Origin: Candidatus Hermodarchaeota archaeon
GTDB taxonomy: Archaea; Asgardarchaeota; Thorarchaeia; Thorarchaeales; Thorarchaeaceae
Reading direction: 5' to 3'
Assembly: GCA_048885865.1 (NCBI GenBank)
Contig: JBHLLF010000011.1
Coordinates: forward strand, 1 to 64,000
Length of the DNA: 64,000 nt
Made by a program: the position numbers and the translations under genes
The notes under the pieces: model-generated
Database searches by the model: none
The model's input: the letters and a program-made list of their open reading frames with translations, nothing else
Told to the model about the DNA's origin: nothing
Shown: positions 9,759-20,167 of the stretch, piece after piece
How the letters are laid out: every line of letters starts with the position of its first letter
Numbering within the stretch: the first letter of the stretch is position 1

Positions 9759-11423
9759 GTGATTGAGGTAAATGAAATGATTAGATATCAGAAGAAATTA
9801 ATCTACTTCTCAATGGTCTATCTTACGCTATCTCTGACCTTGTCACTTTTGTCTCTCGATGTTAGTTCGATGAGTGCAATCTATGCGAACCTATCTCAAG
9901 ATGGACAGACTTTTTCAATAGTCGGAAATCACAGCCCCGGTTATTTGGGCACCCACTTTGATGGAGTCGGTGATGTCAGCGGCGATGGAGTAGATGATTT
10001 CATCATAGGAGAAACCCGGCATCCAGGAACAGGAAAAGCGTACCTATTCTATGGGCGTCTTGATGCCGCTTGGACTAATCTTACACTGTCGGATGCGCAA
10101 GCATCGTTTGTCGGTGAACATAATGAAGATTCCTTCGGTAGATGGATTGCAGGTCTCGGAGATGCTAATGGAGATGGCTATAATGACTTTGCAATATCTG
10201 CAATGTTCAACGATGAAGCAGGCGATATGGCAGGCAAGGTCTATGTCTTCTTTGGGTCAGAAGCTGGTTGGGCAGTGGATACCCTGGCTACTCAGGCCAA
10301 TGTGTCCATTGTTGGTGAAGCAGCCAACGATCGTTTGGGACATGGAGTCTATGGCATAGGAGACACAAATGGCGATGGGTATGATGACATCCTTATCTCG
10401 GGGATGCTGAATGATGAAGGAGGCCTAGATGCAGGACAGGTCTACTTATTCCTAGGACGCCCTCAAAATCTGTGGTTGGAATCCTACTCAGCTGCAGATG
10501 CAAACGCTTCGTGGATTGGTACTCCCGGGTCGGGCTTATCGCTGGATGCTTCTGGAGCTGGCGATGTAAATAATGATGGATTTGCAGACTTCGCAGTTGG
10601 CGCATTTCCAAGGATTAACGGTGCTGCTCAGAGGAAGGTATACCTCATATTTGGGTCTGATAAGGCCAACTGGTCAATGGATCAACCGATTTCAACTTCA
10701 AATGCCTCATTTGTCGGTCCTAGTGACACAGGCGTTGAAACTTTGGCAGTATCTGCGAATTGGATCGCAGGATCTGGAGATGTCAACAACGATGGATTTG
10801 ATGATTTGATAGTTGGTGCCTTTGAGGAGAATGTAGAAGGTGCCCTGTCTGGGCAGACATATCTCTTCTTTGGACGCTCAACTGAGCACTGGACTCATAA
10901 TGTAACATTTTCCAATGCAAACGCATCTTTTCTGGGCATCACAGCTGGCGATTGGGCAGGATGGGAAGTCGATTGCGTTGGCGATGTGAATGGTGACTCA
11001 TACGCAGACATTTTGATTAGCGCTCCGACCAGAATATCTGTCCCATCACAGTCTCTAAGCGCAGGACACGTGTACCTAATTTTGGGCGGACCAAATGACA
11101 AATGGGAAATGGGCACAACTCTGGCCAACGCTGATTCAATCCTCACGTCAGAGCAGACCCATGCTGGCTATGGTTTTCATGTACAGGGAATTGGAGATGT
11201 CAATAATGATGATATTAGCGACTTCGCTATTGGTGCACCAGATTTCGACGATAGTTCCTATAATGTTGGAAAGATCTACCTTGTTTTGAGTTCCGCTACA
11301 ACTGCATCTACAACGACGAATACACCGCCTCCACCTCCCCCAGAACCCCTTGTAATATTGATAATTGCTGGCGCAATGGTTGTGGTTGCAGTTATTGCAC
11401 TAGTACGGAAGAAGAGTCCTTAG
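9759..11423 (+). CDS. FG-GAP (integrin-alpha-type beta-propeller) surface protein with C-terminal TM
   Basis: Seven GD[VAT][NS][GN]D.[YFVI].D Ca-binding repeats, each followed by an SA/GA and G.VYL.[FL]G-type motif; Thr/Pro stalk, TM, RKK tail. Confidence 0.9.
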   Translation: MIEVNEMIRYQKKLIYFSMVYLTLSLTLSLLSLDVSSMSAIYANLSQDGQTFSIVGNHSPGYLGTHFDGVGDVSGDGVDDFIIGETRHPGTGKAYLFYGRLDAAWTNLTLSDAQASFVGEHNEDSFGRWIAGLGDANGDGYNDFAISAMFNDEAGDMAGKVYVFFGSEAGWAVDTLATQANVSIVGEAANDRLGHGVYGIGDTNGDGYDDILISGMLNDEGGLDAGQVYLFLGRPQNLWLESYSAADANASWIGTPGSGLSLDASGAGDVNNDGFADFAVGAFPRINGAAQRKVYLIFGSDKANWSMDQPISTSNASFVGPSDTGVETLAVSANWIAGSGDVNNDGFDDLIVGAFEENVEGALSGQTYLFFGRSTEHWTHNVTFSNANASFLGITAGDWAGWEVDCVGDVNGDSYADILISAPTRISVPSQSLSAGHVYLILGGPNDKWEMGTTLANADSILTSEQTHAGYGFHVQGIGDVNNDDISDFAIGAPDFDDSSYNVGKIYLVLSSATTASTTTNTPPPPPPEPLVILIIAGAMVVVAVIALVRKKSP

Positions 11424-11500
11424 AACACCCTTGCATTTGAGGGATTTTGAAGCTCGACAAATTGAATACAGAGCGAACTCAATGACACACGGCGATTTTC

Positions 11501-11932
11501 GTGACCGGAGGAGATGCAGAAAGCTCGAATAATGCACCTTCAAATAATGAGATGATGAAGTTACTTGGCAGTCAAGGTGGGAGGATGTGGAAGATCATCA
11601 CCAAATACCTCAGAGAGAACTACGAATTCGAACCTGTGAGGGAGAATGATGAGCTTGAAGCCACTATCCGCTACCGCAGAAGTGGCAAGACTCTAATCAC
11701 CTTCTATCCAAAGAAGGAAGAGCTCACAGTTCTCATAATCTTTGGTAAGAAAGAGGTCGAGAAATTCGAGAACTCGAAGGATGAATTCAGCCCCGAAATT
11801 GTGGAGCTCTTTGAGAACACGAAACAGTATCATGATGGAAAATGGTTGCACATCAAGGTCCCACCCTTCGAGGACTTTGAGGATATCAGGAAGCTGCTAC
11901 ACATCAAGAGAAAGCCGAAGAAAGCAACATGA
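11501..11932 (+). CDS. DUF3788 family protein
   Basis: YRRSGKTLITFYP, VLIIFGKKE and KQYHDGKWL motifs. Confidence 0.75.
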   Translation: MTGGDAESSNNAPSNNEMMKLLGSQGGRMWKIITKYLRENYEFEPVRENDELEATIRYRRSGKTLITFYPKKEELTVLIIFGKKEVEKFENSKDEFSPEIVELFENTKQYHDGKWLHIKVPPFEDFEDIRKLLHIKRKPKKAT

Positions 11933-12034
11933 CAGGTGAGGGAGGAAAAGATTTCCCGATTCTTGGAATAGACAGACGAAAGACTTGAAAGCAGGAACGT
12001 TTTGAGCAATCGAATCAAGCAAGGGGAATCAAAC

Positions 12035-12430
12035 ATGGCTCAATTGATCTTCACATATGGAATGTACTTCATAGTAGCAGCATTAATCACTTACTCAATT
12101 GCTGTTTGGGGCGAGCAGATTACTGGGGATCTCAAACCAGTCTTTGTGGTGATGTTCTGCATTGGTGTTCTCTGTGACACTACGGGAACAACCATCATGG
12201 CATTGAACTTAGATACAGGCGGCACTATCTTGGACCCTCTTGATGCGATTTTTCACTCAGTCACCGGACTTGCGGCTATCATCCTAATGCTGATTCATGC
12301 GGTCTGGGCAATCAGAGTGTTGACACGCGGGGATGAGGTCTCAGCTGCGAGGTTTCACCGCTTCTCGAAATTTGTCTGGCTCTTCTGGCTCGTACCATTC
12401 TTTTCTCCAATGGTTGCACAGATGCTCTAG
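12035..12430 (+). CDS. HsmA/TIGR03987-family small membrane protein
   Basis: ALITYSIAVWGE, G..CDTTGT..M, HSVTG..AI.LM.IHA.WA and FHRFS..VW..WL.P motifs. Confidence 0.8.
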   Translation: MAQLIFTYGMYFIVAALITYSIAVWGEQITGDLKPVFVVMFCIGVLCDTTGTTIMALNLDTGGTILDPLDAIFHSVTGLAAIILMLIHAVWAIRVLTRGDEVSAARFHRFSKFVWLFWLVPFFSPMVAQML

Positions 12431-12512
12431 GGTATCAGATTCGCTAGACTTATACTTCAGTGCCAATCTCCGCTTCCCAAGCGTGCTTCATGGCAGCTGA
12501 GGAGATTGTTGG

Positions 12513-13280
12513 ATGAAACTCACAAGAACAATGGAAGAGATAGAAGAACGTTCTAAGAAGTATGCTGAGGGTTATGTGCTCAGCAATGCCACTATGATTA
12601 TCGCCATGTTCACCACGACTGAGGACGCAATCCGGCAGGTCATCCCGGCACCGCTTGAGCCAGGGCCAATCCTTATGGCATCAGCCTATGTGGCTGAATT
12701 CCACGAGTCGAACTTCTGCCCTCCCTATAATGAAGCTGCAGTCTTCCTACCAGTGCAGTATAAAGGAGAAACGGGGAGTTACTGTATATCAATGCCAGTG
12801 GACAATGATATTGCGATGCTAGGGGGAAGAGAGATTTATGGATATCCAAAGAAGATTGCAGACTCCATCACAGTTGAGAGAGCAGGCAACAACGCAAAGG
12901 GAGTTTGTATCAGACGAGGAGTCCCCATTGTAGAGATTGAAGTGACGCTTACTGATGTTATGGAGGAGCGGTCTCCACAGGGACCTCATTTTCTGGTCAA
13001 GTCCATTTTGGACGAGAGAGGTCTTGGTGTCGGTATGAAGCCCTTGCTAATAAGACAGCAGAATAGAACAGAGCTTGTCAAACTGGAGATTGGTGAGGGT
13101 AGTGTGAGGTTCCCTGAATCAAAGTATGATCCATTGCATCAGATTCCAATAGTCGATGTGATGCTAGTGTCCTATACAGAGGGAGCAACGGTGACTATGC
13201 CATTTGGAGAGATAGTGGAGGAACTGGAACCTGATGAGTATGCTCCATATCATTTCATCAAGTACGATTGGGATCCATAG
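12513..13280 (+). CDS. Acetoacetate decarboxylase-like family protein
   Basis: IPAPLEP, PYNEAA and GGREIYGYPKK (Schiff-base Lys). Confidence 0.9.
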   Translation: MKLTRTMEEIEERSKKYAEGYVLSNATMIIAMFTTTEDAIRQVIPAPLEPGPILMASAYVAEFHESNFCPPYNEAAVFLPVQYKGETGSYCISMPVDNDIAMLGGREIYGYPKKIADSITVERAGNNAKGVCIRRGVPIVEIEVTLTDVMEERSPQGPHFLVKSILDERGLGVGMKPLLIRQQNRTELVKLEIGEGSVRFPESKYDPLHQIPIVDVMLVSYTEGATVTMPFGEIVEELEPDEYAPYHFIKYDWDP

Positions 13281-13316
13281 TTTGCATTAATCAGCAGACA
13301 TCGCCACCTGATGTTG

Positions 13317-14282
13317 TCATCCAGCCAATTCAGATGATAGAGTTGAAAGTGACTCCATCTGTTCAGATGTAAGCGAGACGCGCATGGCACCAGCATTCTG
13401 CTCTGCTTGGTAGGGCTTACTGGCTCCCGGAATAGCTACGACCTTGTCCCCATGATAGTTGACTGTCCAACTCAGGGCTACTTGAGCAGCAGTAGCTTCA
13501 TGCTCTCGAGCAATTGCCTCAAGCTCCTCTACTAGCGGTCTACTCTTTTCGATCTTCCCTCTAAGCCTTGAACGCCGAAACCGAGGCATGCTGCTAAACA
13601 ACTCCGGATTGCTGTGCAGTTTCCCTGTGAGGACTCCCATACCAAGGGGAGTGTACGCGGTAATTGTCACATCCAATTCTCTAGCAGCATCAAGCACGCC
13701 ATTATGTTCGACATTTCTATGTAGCAGACTGAACTGCACCTGATTTGTAGCAAGATGAATCCCTCTTTCAGCCAGAGCCTCGTGAGCAGAAGCCATCTTC
13801 TCCTCGGAAAAGTTGCTCACTCCTACGGCCTGCACCAACCCAGCGTCAACAAGATCCGCCATGGCATTCATCTGTGCTTTGACCGATGACCTAGAATATG
13901 GCTGATGGACTAGATACAAGTCAATTGGATACGGGGCGAGTCGATTGGTGCTCTTCTCAGCCGCCTTTCGGATGCTACCAGCACTCTTCAGTACTGGCAT
14001 CCATTTGGTTGTGACAATCACATCTCCAGGAGATTTCCCCGCGGAAGCAAGACCATGAGCCACAGCTTTCTCAGAGGCCCCTCCGCCGTAGACCTCAGCC
14101 GTATCAATCCAGTTCATCCCATTATCAAGGGCAAGCTGCACAATCTCGTCCATACAGTCAGGAGCAATAGGAGCAAGGAAGAATCTGAAGAATCCACTAC
14201 CTCCAGCAAATTGCATAGCTCCTAATCCAATTGGAAAAACTTCAAGGTCTGTCTTTCCAAGCCTACGTTTCTCAATTGCCAT
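13317..14282 (-). CDS. Aldo/keto reductase
   Basis: RRLGKTDLEV..IGLGAM, IDTAEVYG, TTK, IDLYLVHQP, VGVSNFS and AIPGAS motifs. Confidence 0.95.
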   Translation of the reverse strand: MAIEKRRLGKTDLEVFPIGLGAMQFAGGSGFFRFFLAPIAPDCMDEIVQLALDNGMNWIDTAEVYGGGASEKAVAHGLASAGKSPGDVIVTTKWMPVLKSAGSIRKAAEKSTNRLAPYPIDLYLVHQPYSRSSVKAQMNAMADLVDAGLVQAVGVSNFSEEKMASAHEALAERGIHLATNQVQFSLLHRNVEHNGVLDAARELDVTITAYTPLGMGVLTGKLHSNPELFSSMPRFRRSRLRGKIEKSRPLVEELEAIAREHEATAAQVALSWTVNYHGDKVVAIPGASKPYQAEQNAGAMRVSLTSEQMESLSTLSSELAG

Positions 14283-14431
14283 TTTTAACAGACTCTCATT
14301 CTCAACCTGTGCCTTTTAGTTGCTCGGATGTGGCCACATATCCGGGAAAACCGGAAATCTAATAGTACCCATTGATTCCCAGCTGTATAACCCGAAGAAC
14401 AGACAGATTCGGATTCAGGTTGGATAGCGCA

Positions 14432-16006
14432 ATGTCTAGTAAAGAGAGGCTCCTTTGGCATCGGCGGCTACTGCTCATTCTCTTGCTGATCATTCTCATC
14501 CAACCAGCAGCTCCAGCTATGGGTGAAATACAGCAAGCTCCATCCTTTCATGTAGCACAGATCATGCGTGGAGAAGTTGAAGTGACAAAGACTCAGGCAG
14601 CGTTCGAGGGCTATAACGCATTTGTACTCAGAGAACGAGATTTAGAAAATCGTCAGAACAACCAAACCCTGATAATTTGTGACATGGATGGAAATGTTCA
14701 CTATGAGCGCATTCTTACCAACAGCAGTGTCTACGAACTGGCAGACCTGTCAATGGATTTCGTAAGTCCCACGACTCTTCTGGTTGGATACCCATTCAAT
14801 GTGGCTCTTGTAAACCTCTACACCGGTACGACAAGATACCTCAATTGTTATGGACATCACGAATATGAGTACAATCCAAACAACGATACTGTATTCACCT
14901 TCAAATACAACCAGATAGTGATTGATAACGCAACATGTCTTTTCGACTTAATACACGAGTATGACCTCAATGGCAATCTAGTCTGGTCGCTGGATGTTAG
15001 TGAGTTCATAACACCTGAAATGTGGTGTCCTTACGGCGACCTTTTTGGCGGCTATCCGGACATCACCCATTCCAATACTCTGTTCTACGATGCAGATGAG
15101 GATATGATCTACTATAATGCAAGGAACGTGAATACATTCTACAAGATTGATCATAAGACTGGAGAAGTCATCTGGGGTTTGGGTGAATATGGAAATTTCA
15201 CAATGTACGATTCATTCGGTGTCGAAGTTGATCACTTATTCTTCCATCCACATTCTCTGGAGAGGGTAGATGACAATACATTCATCCTCTTTGACAATGA
15301 CCATCACAATCAGAATTTCGAAGGGAACCACAAGTCACGAATGATTGAGATTACAATTGATGAGGATACAATGGAAGCGCATTTGACTTGGGCGTGGAGA
15401 GGGACTGACATACATTGGTCGTTCCTTTGGGGAGATGCTGACAGATTGCCTAATGGAAACCGACTAGGAGTGTTTGGTGCAGCATCGCGACCAGGCTATG
15501 AGCACGGCGCTCATCTAATTGAGGTCACTGAAGAGGGAGATATTGCCTGGCAGTTTACATTTAGAACCAATGAGTTGTATAGATATGGAGTATACAGAAT
15601 GGAACGCTTTCACTATGCTCCAATCCTGCTAAGTCCCACACATCTTCATTTTGAGCCAGAAGAAGAAGTGATTCTTCAATGGCAGGCGTTCTACAATTAC
15701 AGACCTAGAAAGACAGTGGAGGGAAACTACACTTTTAGAAATGGCACAAACCAACTGGATTCTGGCACCTTCCCTTATGACAGATTCTGGAGACCCGCTC
15801 TGCTATCTTTCAATCTTGGAGTTCTTGAGCTTGGTGAACACGAATTTACATTGGAGATTGAAAATGATATCGGGCAGAAGACGAATGACACAGTGATTGT
15901 TGATGTATCCGTCTTGGAGGTCCCATTTCCACTCCCGATATTGGGTGCGTCCATCCTTATCATTGGAATTATTGCTGTCATCGTCGTATTCATGAAACGA
16001 AGTTGA
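14432..16006 (+). CDS. Arylsulfotransferase (ASST)-family protein, paralog of 5371-6951, TM-anchored
   Basis: GHHEYEY, WCPY, DITHSNT, FFHPHSLE and GDADRLPNGNRLGVFG motifs; C-terminal TM. Confidence 0.82.
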   Translation: MSSKERLLWHRRLLLILLLIILIQPAAPAMGEIQQAPSFHVAQIMRGEVEVTKTQAAFEGYNAFVLRERDLENRQNNQTLIICDMDGNVHYERILTNSSVYELADLSMDFVSPTTLLVGYPFNVALVNLYTGTTRYLNCYGHHEYEYNPNNDTVFTFKYNQIVIDNATCLFDLIHEYDLNGNLVWSLDVSEFITPEMWCPYGDLFGGYPDITHSNTLFYDADEDMIYYNARNVNTFYKIDHKTGEVIWGLGEYGNFTMYDSFGVEVDHLFFHPHSLERVDDNTFILFDNDHHNQNFEGNHKSRMIEITIDEDTMEAHLTWAWRGTDIHWSFLWGDADRLPNGNRLGVFGAASRPGYEHGAHLIEVTEEGDIAWQFTFRTNELYRYGVYRMERFHYAPILLSPTHLHFEPEEEVILQWQAFYNYRPRKTVEGNYTFRNGTNQLDSGTFPYDRFWRPALLSFNLGVLELGEHEFTLEIENDIGQKTNDTVIVDVSVLEVPFPLPILGASILIIGIIAVIVVFMKRS

Positions 16007-16195
16007 TAGAGGTAACTTCGGTCCAGAAGAGATCAAGACCATTCTTTGTTAGAATAGAATCACGGGATTTAGTTTGGTATGATGTCGTAAGGCAAAAGCG
16101 GAAGATCGAAGATGCGCAGTTCAGAATCCAATCAAGCAAATCATCATGCGAAATAACTCTTGAGCCGAATTTGCTTTTCTCCTGAAGCCATTGAG

Positions 16196-16903
16196 CTAGC
16201 ACTCAACTCTCTCTGACACAGTCGCACATGAGTCCGCTGGAATCTCTCCGCCCATTGCCACTAGGTTCACTATCATAGTTGCGGGCTGGCTGAGAGGTTT
16301 TTTCCAGTTGCGACGTTTGGTCCCTTGTTCCTCAAATGCACCAACAAGCTCTCTAACCTTGTCGAAAATCTTTGGTGCATCTTCAATGTCCCCCACTCGA
16401 AATGCAATCATCTTGGTGATGACAACGCACTCATCTGAGTCTGCATTGGATGGACTCTGTGCCATTTTCAGCATCAATTCTGTTGTGAAACGATTGAGTG
16501 TGAGGGGCAAGGTCTCCAAAGCCATAACCCAACGGCTGAGAACCTTCTGGTCGTTTCGCTTTGCTCCATATTCCTCTACCCTCTTCGTATAAAGCCGTCT
16601 TGCTAAATCTAGGAGATTCTTTGCAATGTAGTAGTGAAGACCGTATCTTCTATCAGAAACTGCCACTTCTTCTTTTGCCAATATCCCAGCATCATGGAGC
16701 AAGGCTAAATTCCTAAACATCGTCGCTTTGCTTAATCCGGTGACTTCTCGGAGCTTCGCCGGCGTTGTTCGACCGAACAACATCAGATACGAATAGATGA
16801 GCAGGCACGACTCCGTGTCAATGATCTTTTGAAGTTGCTTGATTTTATCGAAATCCTGCTTCACCTTGGCTATTGCAGTATTCTTTGAAGGAATAGGAAC
16901 CAA
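16196..16903 (-). CDS. Winged-helix (ArsR/TrmB-like) transcriptional regulator
   Basis: IYSYLMLFGRTTPAKLREVTGLSKATMFRNLALLHDAGIL HTH. Confidence 0.8.
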   Translation of the reverse strand: MVPIPSKNTAIAKVKQDFDKIKQLQKIIDTESCLLIYSYLMLFGRTTPAKLREVTGLSKATMFRNLALLHDAGILAKEEVAVSDRRYGLHYYIAKNLLDLARRLYTKRVEEYGAKRNDQKVLSRWVMALETLPLTLNRFTTELMLKMAQSPSNADSDECVVITKMIAFRVGDIEDAPKIFDKVRELVGAFEEQGTKRRNWKKPLSQPATMIVNLVAMGGEIPADSCATVSERVEC

Positions 16904-16970
16904 CCTCCTTGTTGCAACCTATCTCAGGGCTGAGCCACTTTAAAGGATTACTTCTTCTCCATTTTGTAAA

Positions 16971-18848
16971 CTAGGTAGCTGATGGCAGTCTAATGATGAA
17001 GGATGCACCTCTGGAGTAGTCACCTTTCACGCGGTCCTCAACACCAATTTCTCCCCCATATCGCTTTACAATCCTTTGGACCAATGTCAGACCGATTCCA
17101 GCTGCCACCTCGCCTTCCTCAGTTAGCCTTGAAAACAGTGTAGCTTTCTTGTTGTCCTTGATACCTGGCCCAAAGTCTTCAAACAGTATTTCGATGGAAT
17201 TTGAGTCTTCATTGATGCTGGCTTTGACGTTTACATTTACTTCATTTCTAGGGTCATGTTTTGCTGCATTGTGAAGCAGATTAAAGAACGCATCAACCAG
17301 GAAATCATCAGCAAATACTTTGAAGTCACCTTTCCTGAAGTTCGTTGTCACATTGATGCTCTTCTCGGGGAATGCGCTACTCACCATAACCTCAGCTGTT
17401 AGGAGTAATGGACTAATGTCGAACTCTGATAATTCCAGGGGTTCCTCAACAACTCTCGAATATTTCCTGACACTAGCAATAATCTCACTGCCGCGTTTAA
17501 CTTGCTCCAATGCAACTTGTACTTGATTCAACGATTTCTGTGAAAGATTGCCACTCATCATAAGTAGCTCAAGACTAGACATGATCCCTTGGTGGATGTT
17601 GTTTAGATCGTGTGCCATTAGGTCGTTGAATAGCTCTGCACGTGCACGTGCCTCCATCGCTGCATCATACGCTTCCATTCGTTCAGTGATGTCTGTAGTA
17701 ATCACAAATTGGACAGGTGTGCCATCATCCTTCCTAGTTGAAGCAAAACGGTTGCTAACATAGCGTCGAGTACCATCCTTTCTTACAGTCCAGAAGTCGA
17801 GCTGATCTGGATACTCACCTGTAGTCATAGATTCAGCCACAATCGCACCTACTCTCTCCTGCTCTTCAGGTGCGACCAAATCTAGTGTGGTCAACTTCAT
17901 GAACTCATCACAAGGGTATCCAAATATCTCACAGGCTCTGTCATTGACATAAGCAACTGGACCACCCTCCATTATTGTGACTCCATCCTGAATGGTTTCG
18001 GCCATACTTCGGAATCGTTCCTCGCTTTCTCGAATCGCATCCTGGGCTCTGAGGATATCTGTCACGTCTGTGGTTATCATGACTACAAGATTGTCAGCTG
18101 GTCTTGTGTAATCAACAATCAAGCGTCGCGCCTCTGCATGAGCAGGAATTGAAGATATCTTGAAGATGATCTCAGCTCGTGATTTTCCGCCTTCATACAT
18201 TGTTGTCCTGATCATTGATGACATCTCGGAGTTGTCAGGAAAGAGATCTTCAGGTGGCCGTCCAAGATATTCCTCTGCCAAGCCATTTGAGAATTGCATC
18301 ATGGCTTGATTGACCATCTGCAATGCAATTGTGCCATCCTTGTTTCTCTCCCATACATAGGCTGGATCTGGAATTGCATCAAAGGTCTGTCTGAAGCGTT
18401 CTTCATTCTCTCTAAGCGCCGTTTCAGCCCGGACTCTTGTTGTCACATCAGTGATGATGGCTTGGTAGATATTCTCCCCTCCAATCGAAACTATTGTGGG
18501 TATGACCTCTATATGCCGCGTTTCTCCATTCGGGTGTACGAAGCTGAGATGAAGCAATCCTTCAGTAGTATTCCCTTTGGCTGTATCTTGATAGAGTTTC
18601 TTGACGTTTTCAGGATCTTCACCTGCCAAGACACCAAGGATGTCGTCCATGCCCCATGAGTATATCTCATCAAGAGGAACACCCGAAATATCTGATAGAG
18701 CTAGATTAGCGTACTGAACCTTATCATTCTTGACAACAACCACACCCTGAGGCAGCTTGCCAAAGATGAGCCGATATAGCTCGAAATCAGGTATCGGGGT
18801 GGTGTTATCTTTTTCTGGTTCCATGTTCGTCCACTTCATGGGATTCAC
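16971..18848 (-). CDS. Cytoplasmic multi-PAS sensor histidine kinase
   Basis: Three PAS domains ending in DVT/DIT; H-box MAHDLNN; N-box NLLHNAAKH; DFGPGI; GIGL. Confidence 0.93.
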   Translation of the reverse strand: MNPMKWTNMEPEKDNTTPIPDFELYRLIFGKLPQGVVVVKNDKVQYANLALSDISGVPLDEIYSWGMDDILGVLAGEDPENVKKLYQDTAKGNTTEGLLHLSFVHPNGETRHIEVIPTIVSIGGENIYQAIITDVTTRVRAETALRENEERFRQTFDAIPDPAYVWERNKDGTIALQMVNQAMMQFSNGLAEEYLGRPPEDLFPDNSEMSSMIRTTMYEGGKSRAEIIFKISSIPAHAEARRLIVDYTRPADNLVVMITTDVTDILRAQDAIRESEERFRSMAETIQDGVTIMEGGPVAYVNDRACEIFGYPCDEFMKLTTLDLVAPEEQERVGAIVAESMTTGEYPDQLDFWTVRKDGTRRYVSNRFASTRKDDGTPVQFVITTDITERMEAYDAAMEARARAELFNDLMAHDLNNIHQGIMSSLELLMMSGNLSQKSLNQVQVALEQVKRGSEIIASVRKYSRVVEEPLELSEFDISPLLLTAEVMVSSAFPEKSINVTTNFRKGDFKVFADDFLVDAFFNLLHNAAKHDPRNEVNVNVKASINEDSNSIEILFEDFGPGIKDNKKATLFSRLTEEGEVAAGIGLTLVQRIVKRYGGEIGVEDRVKGDYSRGASFIIRLPSAT

Positions 18849-19003
18849 GTAGAGCCTTGATTTCTACAAGGAGAATTGCAGCGGTCGCCCTAATCCGGCT
18901 CAGAGTCCTAGTACATGCATGCAGGTAGTCAATAAAACAGTTAGGTGGAGGTAATCGCCAGAGGTTGGCAATGTAGGGGTGCTCAACTGATTAATGAAAG
19001 GTT

Positions 19004-19026
19004 AGCCCAGCCTCGTTGGCTGGGCT
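19004..19026. other. GC-rich perfect hairpin in a 400-nt divergent intergenic region
   Basis: AGCCCAGCC-TCGTT-GGCTGGGCT. Confidence 0.6.
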
Positions 19027-19247
19027 TATGCCTGCCTATTCGCCTGATTGTCTTGGTCTTACTACTGCAAAGTATAGAAATTTGCACCCAAAAATCACTC
19101 AATAAACCGTTGTAGGCGCTCTTTTCTTGGTGGTGGTTGAATTTTCAGATGTGTTGTTTCTGCTTTCTTTCATTGTGGATATATCAGCGTCAGGCAAATA
19201 AGGGCAGAATGCAATACGCCAGATTGCGAGGTAGAGGAACTGTGGCA

Positions 19248-20156
19248 ATGTCTCCGAGGGAAGAGGTGGCTCCCGTCATCAGAATGCGAATTAGCTTGAA
19301 TAAGTCGCTGGATGAGGTTTGGGAGAAGTTCATTGATCCAGTCATTATGCTTCAATGGCTTGGAAACGAGATATCTGCCGACATAAGAGCTGGCGGCTCT
19401 ATCACGTTTCTAGGCAATAATGCGCCAACGACGTCTGAGCTTGGGAACAAATGGGACATTGAAGAGATCACCGAGAAAAAGGGAATTCTCCTTAGCTGGG
19501 ATATCATGGGCACGAAGACGCTCTTCGTGCTGAGATTCCGAGACAGCCCTCGCCGCACTTATCTTGAGCTGAAACATGGTGCAATTCCAGATTCAGCATT
19601 GAATTTCCATCTTCCAGAACACTGGAACATCCTACTAGGCAATTTCAAAGCTGTATTGGAGTTGGGCAGCCCAGCACTGCGATTCGACTACTCGGACTAT
19701 CGACCCCTTAGGATTACACGCTATGATCCCAAAGAGGTTCGAATAGGCGTTCACGTCAAAGCACCCCCGTCACTTCCATTTGATGTGTTCACCAATCCAG
19801 AAAAGCTGAAACGATTTATTCGGGCAGATGACCCCAAAATAGACCCCCAATATGCCGGATTATATACCTGGTGGGCAGAGGGCATGGGTCCAGTGGTCTT
19901 TACTAAAATGTACCAGGATGAAGAGATTGAATTCTCCTGGGTCTATGGGAATGAGCCAGAAACGAAGGTAAACATCCGCTTCGAGGAAATCAATGGTGAC
20001 ACACTTGTTACACTTCATCATCACGGGTTCCAACAGCCGGAATCAGTTGTGGGATATAATATCGGCTGGACCAGCATTCTCTGCGAGCTCAAACTGTTCT
20101 GTGAGCTTGGCGACTCAGGTATTGAACGGCTGAGTCGATGGGAGGAGTCCGTCTAG
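19248..20156 (+). CDS. Tandem SRPBCC/AHSA1 (START-like) ligand-binding protein
   Basis: Two repeats of VW..F.DP....W ... T.V.L.H ... GW...L..LK. Start moved to ATG 19248. Confidence 0.82.
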   Translation: MSPREEVAPVIRMRISLNKSLDEVWEKFIDPVIMLQWLGNEISADIRAGGSITFLGNNAPTTSELGNKWDIEEITEKKGILLSWDIMGTKTLFVLRFRDSPRRTYLELKHGAIPDSALNFHLPEHWNILLGNFKAVLELGSPALRFDYSDYRPLRITRYDPKEVRIGVHVKAPPSLPFDVFTNPEKLKRFIRADDPKIDPQYAGLYTWWAEGMGPVVFTKMYQDEEIEFSWVYGNEPETKVNIRFEEINGDTLVTLHHHGFQQPESVVGYNIGWTSILCELKLFCELGDSGIERLSRWEESV

Positions 20157-20167
20157 TATATTCGGTA

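Noticed and set aside
16003-16202. 60-aa and 70-aa ORFs between ASST2 and the HTH gene
   Set aside because: No recognisable motif or SD; probably chance ORFs.
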